A stretch of DNA of 64,000 bases from an uncultured Spirochaetota bacterium (GCA_963768055.1 CAVYGN010000001.1:1376001-1440000); one strand, 5' to 3'. Positions 8,553-18,835 are shown, counted from the stretch's first letter. Notes: a model not told the origin generated them from the sequence alone. Numbers and translations: made by a program.

Positions 8553-11500
8553 ATGTCGGAATTCATCCACCTCCACAACCACTCCCATTATAGTATCCTT
8601 GACGGAATATCAAAAGTCAAAGAGCTTGTTGCAAAGACTGCTGAGTTCCGCCAGACGGCCGTGGCATTGACCGATCACGGAAACATGTTCGGCGTAATGG
8701 AATTTAATAAAGAATGCATGGACCGGGGCGTTCAGCCGGTTTTCGGGGCCGAGCTTTATATAGCACCCAAAAGCAGGTTTGAAAAAATTAAGGATGAAAA
8801 ATATTATCATATCATCCTTCTGGCGCATGATTACGAAGGGTACAAAAACCTGATCTGTCTGACATCCCTGGGCTACCTCGAGGGGTTTTATTCAAAACCG
8901 AGGATCGACAGGGAACTCCTGCTTGAGCATAGCAAGGGCCTTGTTGTCCTTACCGCATGTTTAAGCGGAGAAATTCCGCGCCTTATCCTTGGCGGAAGGG
9001 AAAAAGAGATTTATGAAACGATCGATTGGTATCTGGACCTTTTCGGAAAAGAAAATTTTTATCTTGAAGTGCAGAATCATAACATGCCGGAAGAAATTAC
9101 CGTAACAAAAAAAATGATTGAAATTTCAGAAAAAACCGGCATCGGACTGGCCGCAACCAACGATTCGCACTATATCGGACGGGACGATTCAAAGCTCCAG
9201 GAAATCGCTTTCGCTATCCGCGACAAAAAAACCCTGAAAGATGAAAGCCGCTATAGATTTCCCAATAATGAATTTTACTATAAATCACCCGATGAAATGC
9301 AAGCCCTGTTTGGAGACATTCCTGAAGCGGTAAAAAACACCAAAAAAATCGCCGAGATGTGCTCTTTCAAACTGGAATTCACAAAACACCTTCCTGTGTA
9401 TTCCCTGCCTCGCGGTGAAACAGTCGAGGGCGCCCTCGAAAGGTTAAGCAGAGAGGGCCTGAATAAGCGTTTTAAAAATTCGGTGCCTCCACCTTATTCC
9501 GAAAGATTCGAAATGGAACTTGACCTGATTAAAAAAATGGGATTTTCAAATTATTTCCTCATTGTTTCAGATTTTGTAAGGTTCGCGAAGGACAAAGGGG
9601 TCCTCGTGGGCCCGGGCAGGGGATCGGCAGCCGGTTCTCTGATATCTTACTCCCTGTCTATTACCGATGTCGATCCAATTAAATATGATCTTTTGTTCGA
9701 ACGTTTTCTCAATCCCGAACGCATCTCGATGCCCGATATAGACGTTGATTTTCAGGACGACAGGAGGGACGAGGTCAAGGAATATATAAGAACAAAATAC
9801 GGTTATGACAAAACGGCCGATATTATAACATTCGGATTTCTTAAATCCCGGGCGTCATTAAAAGACGTCGGCAGAGTAATGGAAATACCCCTTGAAAAAG
9901 TCAACAAATTAACGAAGCTCATTGATAATAAAACGGCTAATGAACCGCTCATCGGAGTAATCGGTAAAATTCCCGAATTGAAAAAAATCCTTCAAGATGG
10001 TAATCCGGAGGAGAAAAAATGGATCGAATTTTCATCAAAGCTTGACGGAACAATAAGGAATATTGGAACTCATGCGTCAGGGCTGATCATATCCGATACA
10101 CCTCTGACAGAAATTGTTCCTTTATATAAAGATAAGTCGAGCGGCCTGATTTCGACCCAGTATGAAGGCGATTACCTTGAAAAGAACGGCCTTTTAAAAA
10201 TGGATATCCTCGGGTTGTCTAACCTCACGATGGTTAGGGACACATTATCCAGAATAAAAAAAAACCATAATATTAAGGTAGATCTTTCAGTAATTCCCCT
10301 GGATGACGGTGATGTCTTTAAGCTTTTCCAGCGAGGGGAAACCATGGGTATTTTTCAATTTGAATCGGCCGGTATGACGGATTACATGAAAAAGCTCAAA
10401 CCGAGTTCAATTGACGACCTTATTGCAATGAATGCACTTTACCGTCCCGGCCCAATGGATAATATTCCTTCATTCATTGCAAGAAAACAAGGGATTGAGG
10501 AGATCGATTGTTTTCATCAACGCCTCGAACCGATCCTCAAAAGTACGTACGGCGTCATTGTTTACCAGGAACAGGTTATGCAGATAGCCCAGGTACTTGC
10601 CGGTTTTTCATTAGCAAAAGCCGACTGGGTCAGAAAGATCATGGCAAAAAAAGAAATAAGCGAAATTGATAAATTAAGGCCGGAATGGATCGAAGGTTCT
10701 CTAAAAAATGGATTTTCAAAGGAACTTGCCGAGAGGCTATTCGAAACACTAATCCCCTTCTCTAAATACGCATTCAATAAATCGCATGCGGCCGCTTACG
10801 CAATTCTAGCCTATCAGATAGCCTACCTGAAGGCGCATTACAAACTGGAATTCATCGCATCTCTTTTGACGCAGAATATGACCAGTTCGGATAATATCAG
10901 GCAATATTCCCAGGAGGCATCCGCCGGCGGAATAAAAATCCTTGCGCCGGATATCAATAAAAGCTTCTGGGATTTCAGGGAGTCTGAAAGGGAGGGAGAA
11001 AAGGCAATAATATTCGGCCTTGGTGCCATCAAGGGTCTGGGGGACGGTATTTCACACGCGATTATTGATGAAAGGGAAATAGGCGGGGATTTTACTTCAT
11101 TTGATGACTTTATAAGCAGAACTATCAGGTATGATGAATTTAAAAAATCAGCCGTTGAAATACTTATAAAGGCCGGATTTTTCGACTGTTTTTACCGCCC
11201 TGAAAAAAACCTCCTCGAAAAAGCTGTTCTTCTCCACAACCTGGATTCCTATATCCAGCAGGTAGAAAAAAACCTGAAGGATAAAAAGGAGGGCAGGCTC
11301 AATCTCTTCGGAGATGCACGTAGCGTGGGACATATCGAAACCCAAAGCAATGTTGAACCCCTGACTCTTAAAGATGACTTCGACAACGAGGTCTCGCTCT
11401 TCGGCTTTTACCTTAGCGGCAAACTGTTTCAATACCACAAAATACAATACGGCACAATATCCCACTGTTCCGCGGACCTGGTTTCAAGGCTTAAACCCGG

Positions 11501-12011
11501 AACCTATTTCCTCCTTTGCGGTTTCATTAATGACCTTGTTATAAAGACGGGAAACAACAACAAAAGTTATGCAATCTTCACCCTTGATAACGGAATAGGC
11601 AATTTTAAAATATATCTTTTTTCAGAAAAATACATCATGTTTAAAGATTTCCTTATCCGGCACAACTTCATAATGATGAAATGCACTGTCGCAGAAGGCA
11701 AGGGCGGGAACATTCTGGAAGTATCGGGCATCAAGCCCATAGAATCGCTTCCCCAGGAAAGATTCACGGAGCTCCATATCTGTCTCGAAAGTATGGATAA
11801 CAAAGATAATACCGGCCAATCCCTCCTTTCTTTAAAAAAAATCGCGGAAGATCCTGCCTCACAGGGTATGATAAGGATAATATTCCATATAGTCGGCGAC
11901 AAAGAACGCGAGGTGATCCATGCTTCGGACAGATTCAGGGTTAAATATTCAAACGCTCTCATGAGGGAAATCGCCGGTTTGCCGGGCATGCTCGGCTACT
12001 GGCTTTATTAA
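8553..12011 (+). CDS. dnaE: DNA polymerase III subunit alpha
   Basis: PHP domain HLHNHSHYS, GRGSAAGS, MPDIDVDF, YAFNKSHA and C-terminal OB fold; start MSEF at 8553. Confidence 0.98.
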   Translation: MSEFIHLHNHSHYSILDGISKVKELVAKTAEFRQTAVALTDHGNMFGVMEFNKECMDRGVQPVFGAELYIAPKSRFEKIKDEKYYHIILLAHDYEGYKNLICLTSLGYLEGFYSKPRIDRELLLEHSKGLVVLTACLSGEIPRLILGGREKEIYETIDWYLDLFGKENFYLEVQNHNMPEEITVTKKMIEISEKTGIGLAATNDSHYIGRDDSKLQEIAFAIRDKKTLKDESRYRFPNNEFYYKSPDEMQALFGDIPEAVKNTKKIAEMCSFKLEFTKHLPVYSLPRGETVEGALERLSREGLNKRFKNSVPPPYSERFEMELDLIKKMGFSNYFLIVSDFVRFAKDKGVLVGPGRGSAAGSLISYSLSITDVDPIKYDLLFERFLNPERISMPDIDVDFQDDRRDEVKEYIRTKYGYDKTADIITFGFLKSRASLKDVGRVMEIPLEKVNKLTKLIDNKTANEPLIGVIGKIPELKKILQDGNPEEKKWIEFSSKLDGTIRNIGTHASGLIISDTPLTEIVPLYKDKSSGLISTQYEGDYLEKNGLLKMDILGLSNLTMVRDTLSRIKKNHNIKVDLSVIPLDDGDVFKLFQRGETMGIFQFESAGMTDYMKKLKPSSIDDLIAMNALYRPGPMDNIPSFIARKQGIEEIDCFHQRLEPILKSTYGVIVYQEQVMQIAQVLAGFSLAKADWVRKIMAKKEISEIDKLRPEWIEGSLKNGFSKELAERLFETLIPFSKYAFNKSHAAAYAILAYQIAYLKAHYKLEFIASLLTQNMTSSDNIRQYSQEASAGGIKILAPDINKSFWDFRESEREGEKAIIFGLGAIKGLGDGISHAIIDEREIGGDFTSFDDFISRTIRYDEFKKSAVEILIKAGFFDCFYRPEKNLLEKAVLLHNLDSYIQQVEKNLKDKKEGRLNLFGDARSVGHIETQSNVEPLTLKDDFDNEVSLFGFYLSGKLFQYHKIQYGTISHCSADLVSRLKPGTYFLLCGFINDLVIKTGNNNKSYAIFTLDNGIGNFKIYLFSEKYIMFKDFLIRHNFIMMKCTVAEGKGGNILEVSGIKPIESLPQERFTELHICLESMDNKDNTGQSLLSLKKIAEDPASQGMIRIIFHIVGDKEREVIHASDRFRVKYSNALMREIAGLPGMLGYWLY

Positions 12012-12067
12012 AAAAAACAGAAGGGTGGAAATAAAGTTTATAGAAAACCCGCAATAACAGCGCTTAG

Positions 12068-12097
12068 TTGACAATTATTTAATATTTTAGGTATAAT
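12068..12097 (+). promoter_or_regulatory. Sigma-70 promoter for the SDR gene
   Basis: TTGACA-N18-TATAAT. Confidence 0.7.
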
Positions 12098-12155
12098 ATC
12101 ATCGGTTATTCCTGTCGTATAAAAAACATTAAAAAAACAATAAGGAGAATTTTTT

Positions 12156-13025
12156 ATGTCTAAAAAACAGGAGAAGTCGTTTTTTTCAGGTAAGAAAGTT
12201 GTTATTACAGGCGGATCGAGCGGAATAGGACTGGCCGCAGCTAAAAGGTTTGCTCAATCTGGAGCCGATATCTGGCTTATTGCCCGGGATCAGAAAAAGC
12301 TTGAAAAAGCCAAATCAGACCTTGATTCATTCAAGTCATCCATGAGTCAAAAAATTGGAATTTCGTCAGCCGACGTTTCAGATGAAAAATCTGCGCTAAA
12401 GGCTTATAAAGAAGCAAAGGATGCTTTAGGAATTCCCGATATTATTATCAACTCTGCCGGTATATCCCGCCCTGGATATTTCCAGGAACTTACCGCCAAT
12501 TTGTTCCGCAGCCAGATGGATATCAACTTCTTCGGCACACTCAATATAATATTGGCCGCAATAAATGATTTTATAAAACGCGGGTCCGGGCATATAGTCA
12601 ATATTTCCTCAATAGCAGGTTATATCGGCGTTTTCGGATATACGGCTTACGGGGCAACCAAATATGCCGTAAGAGGATTCACCGATACTCTCAAGGCGGA
12701 GATGAAGCCGCATGGCATAAAAGTCAGCATCGTTTTTCCGCCCGATACAGATACTCCTCAGCTTGCTTACGAAGATCAGTTCAAGCCTTATGAAACAAAA
12801 GTAATAAATGGTACCGCCGGGCTTACTTCTCCAGACAGGGTCGCCGGAGATATAGTAAAAGGCATTATGAAAAACCGTTATATGATATTTACAGGTTTCG
12901 ACGGGAAATTCTTATTCTGGCTTAGCGGAAAACTGGGCAAACTGCTTTACCCGATGATGGATATGATGGTAAAAGACGCTATAAATAAAAAAAATAAGGC
13001 TGAGGCTAAAAAAGTAAAGGCCTAG
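12156..13025 (+). CDS. Short-chain dehydrogenase/reductase, 3-ketodihydrosphingosine reductase-like
   Basis: TGGSSGIG, YGATK (YxxxK) and PPDTDTP motifs. Confidence 0.85.
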   Translation: MSKKQEKSFFSGKKVVITGGSSGIGLAAAKRFAQSGADIWLIARDQKKLEKAKSDLDSFKSSMSQKIGISSADVSDEKSALKAYKEAKDALGIPDIIINSAGISRPGYFQELTANLFRSQMDINFFGTLNIILAAINDFIKRGSGHIVNISSIAGYIGVFGYTAYGATKYAVRGFTDTLKAEMKPHGIKVSIVFPPDTDTPQLAYEDQFKPYETKVINGTAGLTSPDRVAGDIVKGIMKNRYMIFTGFDGKFLFWLSGKLGKLLYPMMDMMVKDAINKKNKAEAKKVKA

Positions 13026-13027
13026 AA

Positions 13028-14041
13028 CTAGAAAAGGTTTAATTCTCCATCTTTCACAGGATATCCCATATGTTCGTATGATATATTCGACGCCATTCTT
13101 CCTCGGGGTCCCCTGTTGATAAATCCCTGCTGGATGAGATAAGGTTCATATACGTCTTCGATAGTATCGACCTCTTCGCTTACAGCGGCGGCGATCGCTG
13201 AAACGCCTACCGGCCCGCCCTTGTAATTTTCTATAATGACTTTGAGGATCTTTCTGTCCATGGCGTCAAGACCCCTTCCATCGACTTCGAGCTTTTTCAG
13301 CGCAAAATCGGCAAACTCAATGTCTATAATATCCCGGCCTTTAACAAGGGCGAAATCACTTACCCTTTTCAATAACCTGTTGGCTATTCTGGGAGTTCCC
13401 CTTGCTCTTTTAGCGATCTCGCTTATACCCTCGGGGTTGATCTTTATCTCAAGAAGATTAGAACTCCTGGAAAGTATCTTTTTTAAACTCTCAGGATCGT
13501 AATAATCAAGTCTTTCAATTATTCCGAAACGTGAACGCAAAGGCCCCGTAATAACTCCTATCCTTGTCGTAGCGCCGATAAGAGTAAAATGGGGCAGTGT
13601 AATCCTGAGGGTTCTCGCCCCGGTTCCCTCTCCGATAATTATATCAACCTTAAAGTCTTCCATCGCAGAGTAAAGGATCTCTTCGAGGATCTTTTTCAAA
13701 CGATGGATTTCATCGATGAACAGTATATCCCCTTCCTCAAGATTGGTCAGGATGGCCATAAGGTCTCCCTGTTTTTCAAGCGCATTAGCCGTGGTCATCT
13801 TGATTGTCTTGCCAAGTTCATTCGAAATAATTTTTGCCAGGGTCGTTTTTCCCAGGCCCGGAGGACCGTAAAGAATAGTATGGTCAAGAGAAGTTTTCCT
13901 GATTTTTGCAGCTTCTACGAATACTTTTATATTTTCCTTAACCTTATCCTGACCGACAAAATCTTCGAAATTTCGCGGCCTTAAAGGTTCATCTATATCC
14001 CCTTTCAAAAAATCCGCTGTAGTAATTTTCTCTTCGATCAT
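13028..14041 (-). CDS. ruvB: Holliday junction branch migration helicase RuvB
   Basis: LRP, GPPGLGKTTLA, FIDEIHRL, GATTR and RGTPRIANRLL; start MIEEK at 14041 with GGAGG RBS. Confidence 0.98.
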   Translation of the reverse strand: MIEEKITTADFLKGDIDEPLRPRNFEDFVGQDKVKENIKVFVEAAKIRKTSLDHTILYGPPGLGKTTLAKIISNELGKTIKMTTANALEKQGDLMAILTNLEEGDILFIDEIHRLKKILEEILYSAMEDFKVDIIIGEGTGARTLRITLPHFTLIGATTRIGVITGPLRSRFGIIERLDYYDPESLKKILSRSSNLLEIKINPEGISEIAKRARGTPRIANRLLKRVSDFALVKGRDIIDIEFADFALKKLEVDGRGLDAMDRKILKVIIENYKGGPVGVSAIAAAVSEEVDTIEDVYEPYLIQQGFINRGPRGRMASNISYEHMGYPVKDGELNLF

Positions 14042-14087
14042 GAACCCTCCGGATCGATCACCTTTTTCTTCCCAACGGGTATAAACA

Positions 14088-14268
14088 CACCATAGGACAA
14101 TGTTGCCTGGTGCCAGTCCCCAGAACAGGTGCATTTATACTTGCGTATAAACGCAAGCACTATTTTGCTGCCCCGGAGGGCTTGTCCCCGAAAGGGGGGC
14201 AGTTCTTAGAAGAGCCCTAAATTGTTAACGCAAAGAGCTTGTCCTAAGGGCAATATTTAGAACTGCTC
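14088..14268. mobile_element. MITE family 1, partial or compound copy with two right ends
   Basis: 38 bp identical to 20855-20892; ends TTAGAAGAGCCC (to 14217) and TTAGAACTGCTC (to 14268). Confidence 0.7.
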
Positions 14269-14416
14269 TTTATTATAAATGAAAACGGTTGTTTTAACAA
14301 TAAGTTTGGAGATCATTTCAATCTATTATTCCATAAAATAATTTGACTAAATCTATAATGTAAAATAAAATATTCCTTTGATAAGTAAATATTGAAACTA
14401 AGAAAGGGAGGATATA

Positions 14417-14710
14417 GTGCCTATCATCAAATCCGCTAAGAAAAGGGTCCGTCAGGAGGCTAAAAGACGGGACAGGAACAGGGCCTTGAAGACTTATATG
14501 AAAAACCTTCAAAAGAAAACCATTAATTTATTAACCTCTGCTGAAGTCAAGAAAGATGATTTAACAACCGCCTTGAATTTTTATAAATCTCAGATTGACA
14601 AAGCATGGTCAAAAGGAATTTTTAAAAAAAACAAATCTTCCCGCCTGAAATCCAGGATTGACAGATTGGTCTACAAAAAGGCGCAAACGGAAAACAAACA
14701 GGAGGCATAA
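14417..14710 (+). CDS. rpsT: 30S ribosomal protein S20
   Basis: MPIIKSAKKRVRQ...RNR...IDKA..KG...KNKSSRLKSR; TTGACT-N17-TAAAAT promoter at 14343-14371. Confidence 0.95.
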   Translation: MPIIKSAKKRVRQEAKRRDRNRALKTYMKNLQKKTINLLTSAEVKKDDLTTALNFYKSQIDKAWSKGIFKKNKSSRLKSRIDRLVYKKAQTENKQEA

Positions 14711-14711
14711 A

Positions 14712-15029
14712 ATGGGTAGAAGCAAGATGACAAAATCAGATATCGTGGATACCGTTTTTGAAGATTCGGAAGTAAAAGAATATGGAATGTCCAGAAAAGA
14801 GGTAGCCGTCGTAATTGTAAAATTTATTGAAAAATTAAGGGAATCGATTGAAAATTTGAATCAAAATGATAGAATAGAACTTAGAGGCTTCGGTACTTTT
14901 GGTATTAAAAAAAGAAAGGCCCGAATAGCAAGAAATCCGAAAACCGGGGAAGAAGTTAAAGTACCCGAAAGAAAGTCCCCTTTCTTTAAAGCGGGAAGGG
15001 AAATGAAACAAACAATAATGAACAGCTGA
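14712..15029 (+). CDS. HU/IHF family DNA-binding protein
   Basis: MTKSDIV...IELRGFGTF...ARIARNPKTGE...PFFKAGREMK. Confidence 0.95.
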   Translation: MGRSKMTKSDIVDTVFEDSEVKEYGMSRKEVAVVIVKFIEKLRESIENLNQNDRIELRGFGTFGIKKRKARIARNPKTGEEVKVPERKSPFFKAGREMKQTIMNS

Positions 15030-15066
15030 AAAATAACCCCGCCCCTTAGGGCGGGGTTATTTTTTT
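15030..15066 (+). terminator. Rho-independent terminator
   Basis: AAAATAACCCCGCCC / GGGCGGGGTTATTTTTT hairpin followed by a T-run. Confidence 0.9.
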
Positions 15067-15087
15067 GAACGAAAGAAAATCACTTTA

Positions 15088-15193
15088 GGGCGCTTTTAAT
15101 CCTTCGGCCCTACAGGCACCTTCGGCCCTTCGCACCTGTCCCGGGGCAGAAACAGGTTAAAATGGGGCCATTCAAGATATATTAGAATTGCCC
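15088..15193. mobile_element. MITE family 1 copy
   Basis: Terminal IRs GGGCGCTTTTAAT / ATTAGAATTGCCC; internal CCTTCGGCCC repeats. Confidence 0.7.
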
Positions 15194-15255
15194 TTATTCA
15201 AGTGTTATAAAGAAGTTACCGATAAATATTTAAAAACAATGAGTTAAGAGATAAT

Positions 15256-16434
15256 ATGATAACCGAGGAATTGTTAAAAGAAGAAAAGGAAATAACGAAA
15301 ATAGTAGCTATCATGTGTGCGAACGGAGCCACGGGATTATTGTCAGATAGAGACAATAAATTCAACGTAAGGTTCCGTGAAATTAGAAACGGCCAGGTTG
15401 TTTTTTCAAAAATTGAATCAAACAAACCCGATCTGAATTTCGAATCATATAATATGAGGCCGCTTGAAGCGGAGATAACCCTCGGAGCAAGCGTTTACCT
15501 TTTCACTGCCGTTCCAATGGGGCCAAAAAGCATATCAATACCTGAAATTATAAAATCGCATCCTAAACGTAAAACAGTCCGCATTAAAATCAGCAGTAAT
15601 CCATTCATTCAAAATATGTACTCCCTTGTTTCGGTTAAGGTCGTAGATCCCACCATTCAGGATGAAGAACTCTCACGAAAAATACACTTGATTATGAACA
15701 CAATCGAAAGCACCCTGGTAAGATCTGAAAACTACGATATAGCTAAAATATCGCTTTTTGACGGGACCGAAAAAAGCACTATTATTAAACTGCTCAAAAA
15801 ATTTCAGAAGCCTTTTGTCGTCTTCGATACGAAGAATCTATCCCAAAAGGAAGATACAGTCCTGACTTATGAAAATTTCGTGAAAACCCTTAGTGAAGAG
15901 GGTTCAAACTTTAACGAAATTCTATCTCAACTTGACAAGATCAAGGAATTTTACCAGAAAAACCTGATTAAAAGCGAGGCGATAGTTCCCCTTGTTTTTG
16001 AAGAGGAAGTTATAGGACAGATTAAAGTTGTTTCACTTAAAGACCTGATCAGTAAGCCCAATGTGATACGTCTGAATAATCTTGCAGTAAACGCAGTCGA
16101 TAATCTTTTTACTAAATGCGCATTTGAAATCGTTTCAAAATCTCCTCAAGCGATCATAGACATGGGCATAAGCGGGGCAAAATTAATAGTTTCTGAAGCT
16201 GATTTTTACAAGTATATAAGACTGATGAAGCGGATCTATCTTCAACTATATTTTCCGGATAAAACGGTCATTAAAACAATGTCGACGATAGTCAACCTTT
16301 ATGAAGATACGTCGGAATCTTACAAACAGATCGGAGTTAAATTTTCAGCCAATATGGATTGGAAAGACAAGAATAAACTCGATGAATTCATTCAAAGCGT
16401 TATAAGGCTCCAGAACTCCGAATACATAGCTTAA
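15256..16434 (+). CDS. PilZ-domain protein with GAF-like region (DUF1577-like)
   Basis: KRKTVR (RxxxR), DMGISGAKL (DxxxxG) and QIGVKF motifs. Confidence 0.7.
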   Translation: MITEELLKEEKEITKIVAIMCANGATGLLSDRDNKFNVRFREIRNGQVVFSKIESNKPDLNFESYNMRPLEAEITLGASVYLFTAVPMGPKSISIPEIIKSHPKRKTVRIKISSNPFIQNMYSLVSVKVVDPTIQDEELSRKIHLIMNTIESTLVRSENYDIAKISLFDGTEKSTIIKLLKKFQKPFVVFDTKNLSQKEDTVLTYENFVKTLSEEGSNFNEILSQLDKIKEFYQKNLIKSEAIVPLVFEEEVIGQIKVVSLKDLISKPNVIRLNNLAVNAVDNLFTKCAFEIVSKSPQAIIDMGISGAKLIVSEADFYKYIRLMKRIYLQLYFPDKTVIKTMSTIVNLYEDTSESYKQIGVKFSANMDWKDKNKLDEFIQSVIRLQNSEYIA

Positions 16435-16538
16435 GGGCAGTTCTAATATCTCAAGAATATTGCCATTCATTATAGCATGTTTCTGCTTAACTCTATAGGG
16501 CGCTTCCTATCCGAAGAGCCGAAGGATTAGAAGCGCTC
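16435..16538. mobile_element. MITE family 1 copy with TTAA target duplication between two convergent stop codons
   Basis: TTAA|GGGCAGTTCTAAT...ATTAGAAGCGCTC|TTAA. Confidence 0.8.
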
Positions 16539-17552
16539 TTAAGGATTATCCCTTTTTCTCTTTTCTATAGCAGGCAGCTTCTGGTATTCCCATACAGCCT
16601 TATTATGTTCCTCGAGAGTTTTTGAAAAATAATGAGTTCCGTCTGGTTTAGCTACGAAATAAAGATAATCAACATCAGCCGGATATATGGCCGCTAAAAT
16701 TGATGTTTTGTCGGGGTTAGCGATGGGGCCTGGAGGCAATCCGTAATATTTATAGGTGTTATAATGGGAATCTATCCCGAAGTCGCCATAATGAATCTCA
16801 CCCTCGTATTTACCGGCAAGCATCAGTGCATATATAAGCGTGGGATCAGCCTGGAGCATCATACCTTTTTTTAACCGGTTATAATAAACACCGGAAATGA
16901 TCGGCTTTTCATATTCAAATTTTGCTTCCTTCTCAACTATAGAAGCTATGATCAGTACTTTTTTTAATGTAAGCCCTTTTTTTTTGATCTCTTCCAATAT
17001 ATTCCGGTCTATAACATGATTAAACTGCTCCAGGAATAAAGGAACTATCCTGTCGCTTCCAAACCCGATAGGAATAAAATAAGTTTCAGGGTAAATAAGA
17101 CCTTCTACTGATTTTAAACTGCCGAGGTTATATTGCATTAGATAGGCGGAATTGCTGCATTCCCTAAGAAAATCGGCTGAAGCAACCAGGTTCTTTTCAG
17201 AAAGAAGGTCGGCTATTTGAAACATATTAAAGCCTTCAGGAATGGTTATCTTGACCGAATATGTCTGTCCCTCGGTGAATTTGACTATAAGGTCGGAATA
17301 GCTTTCACCCTTTCTGATTTGGTAAATCCCGAATTTAAAATCCCTGTCATGCCTCATAAGTTTCGCGATTATCTGGAAACGGAGCGGATTTTTTATTATA
17401 TTTTCATGCTTGAGATCTTTAGCAATCTGCTGTATCGATTCACCCTTTTTTATTTCAAAAGTAGCATCATTTTGGTTTACCGTTACATCTGCGCAGGCCG
17501 CAAACAGTATCAGGACGATCAGAAATAAGACCGGGCGAAATATTTGTTTCAC
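16539..17552 (-). CDS. mltG: Endolytic transglycosylase MltG
   Basis: TIPEG, ASIVEKE, LQADPT, YNTYKYYGLPPGPIANP and YLYFVA motifs. Confidence 0.96.
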   Translation of the reverse strand: MKQIFRPVLFLIVLILFAACADVTVNQNDATFEIKKGESIQQIAKDLKHENIIKNPLRFQIIAKLMRHDRDFKFGIYQIRKGESYSDLIVKFTEGQTYSVKITIPEGFNMFQIADLLSEKNLVASADFLRECSNSAYLMQYNLGSLKSVEGLIYPETYFIPIGFGSDRIVPLFLEQFNHVIDRNILEEIKKKGLTLKKVLIIASIVEKEAKFEYEKPIISGVYYNRLKKGMMLQADPTLIYALMLAGKYEGEIHYGDFGIDSHYNTYKYYGLPPGPIANPDKTSILAAIYPADVDYLYFVAKPDGTHYFSKTLEEHNKAVWEYQKLPAIEKRKRDNP

Positions 17553-17559
17553 TGCTCCT

Positions 17560-17895
17560 TTATCTGGAGTTCATATGTTTTTTACATTTATCAGCGTAGG
17601 GTATGATTTCAAGCCTTTCTTCCTCGATTTCTTCTCCGCAAACCGTGCATCTGCCGAAGTTATTGTCCTTTATCCTCTGGATCGCCCTTCTTATATCTTC
17701 TATGATTCTTTTTTGAGAACTGGATAGTCCTTCGCTTACAGTAGCGGAACTGAAAGCCTCAGCCCTGTCCACCAGATCGCCGTCTATCTCAAAAGGGTTT
17801 TCTTCCTCGCTCGTTTCGCTTTTTATATTTTCGAGCATTTCATTTTCCATTTTAATAAGCTTCTTCCCGAAATAATCCATCCTGTTCTGATTCAT
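17560..17895 (-). CDS. TraR/DksA family C4 zinc-finger protein
   Basis: DLVDRA coiled-coil tip, then FGRCTVCGEEIEEERLEIIPYADKCKKH (last ligand His). Confidence 0.9.
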   Translation of the reverse strand: MNQNRMDYFGKKLIKMENEMLENIKSETSEEENPFEIDGDLVDRAEAFSSATVSEGLSSSQKRIIEDIRRAIQRIKDNNFGRCTVCGEEIEEERLEIIPYADKCKKHMNSR

Positions 17896-17910
17896 ACGCT
17901 ACCCCGCTTA

Positions 17911-18153
17911 TTATTTCTCTATTATCTGCACGGATTTGTGACCTTTTCTCTCGAAAAATTTAACGAAACCTTCTTTAGTAGCGAAAATTGTATGGTCTTT
18001 TCCAAGACCTGTATTGAGACCGTTATGAAATTTTGTCCCTCTCTGCCTTACTATGATGTTTCCAGCTTTTACTTGCTCACCGTCATATTTTTTTACTCCC
18101 AGCCTCTTTGAATGGCTCTCTCTTCCGTTTTTCGCTGTACTTGAACCCGCCAT
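17911..18153 (-). CDS. rpmA: 50S ribosomal protein L27
   Basis: NGRES..KRLGVK...[15 protein letters not shown]...[16 protein letters not shown] before the ATG at 18153. Confidence 0.97.
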   Translation of the reverse strand: MAGSSTAKNGRESHSKRLGVKKYDGEQVKAGNIIVRQRGTKFHNGLNTGLGKDHTIFATKEGFVKFFERKGHKSVQIIEK

Positions 18154-18463
18154 TGCCGTCCTCCATTTCAATTCTGATATTTCCGGGATATTGATTTTCT
18201 ATGGTTTTAAGACTCAAAACCAATGATTTATATAATAGCAGTTCCCCCGGTGAATAATTTCTAATTTTTACCGTTAATTTTCCCGGCATCTCATCTTCTT
18301 CAATATCGGCGCCGCAAAGCTCCTTCTCGCTTAAAAGCCAGCTCTGGATAAGCACTGAAATAGAAGCACAAACAATATCCGACCCTTTTTTATCAAAAAG
18401 GGCATGTCCTCCGGCCTTCACTTCAATATGATTCATGTCATTTTTTAAGATGACGGTAATCAT
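18083..18463 (-). CDS. prp: Ribosomal-processing cysteine protease Prp
   Basis: GHA...[10 protein letters not shown] catalytic His/Cys; position between rplU and rpmA. Confidence 0.88.
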   Translation of the reverse strand: MITVILKNDMNHIEVKAGGHALFDKKGSDIVCASISVLIQSWLLSEKELCGADIEEDEMPGKLTVKIRNYSPGELLLYKSLVLSLKTIENQYPGNIRIEMEDGNGGFKYSEKRKREPFKEAGSKKI

Positions 18464-18469
18464 TTCGTC

Positions 18470-18835
18470 CTATGCCTGGGTTTCTTCGATTTTCTTTTCA
18501 GCTTTAACTTTCTTCTCTTTATCCAAATTGATGCCGGTAATCTGAATCTTAGTATATTGCTGGCGGTGTCCGGTCTTTTTCCTATAGCTCGCTTTTTGCT
18601 TGTATTTAAAAACAATAAGCTTTTCGCCCTTTTTTACCGGCTCGATAACCTTGCCTTCTACATGAATATCTTTTAAGTAGGGTTTTCCTATTAATACATC
18701 ATTATCAGTTCTGTATAGGGTGACAGTATCGAATTTCAGCTTTTCTCCTTCACCGGCCTGAAGTTTATCGACATAAAGCTCGCTTCCGTTTTCTATTTGA
18801 TAAAGCCTTTTACTTATTTCGACTATTGCATACAT
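18470..18835 (-). CDS. rplU: 50S ribosomal protein L21
   Basis: MYAIVEI...IGKPY...KGEKLIVFKYK...GHRQQYTKIQI. Confidence 0.97.
   Translation of the reverse strand: MYAIVEISKRLYQIENGSELYVDKLQAGEGEKLKFDTVTLYRTDNDVLIGKPYLKDIHVEGKVIEPVKKGEKLIVFKYKQKASYRKKTGHRQQYTKIQITGINLDKEKKVKAEKKIEETQA

Noticed and set aside
8553..12011. Intein or split in dnaE
   Set aside because: Length and motif order are normal; no intein signature seen.
14042..14134. N-terminal extension of RuvB in the ORF track
   Set aside because: It runs into MITE DNA; a good RBS precedes the ATG at 14041.
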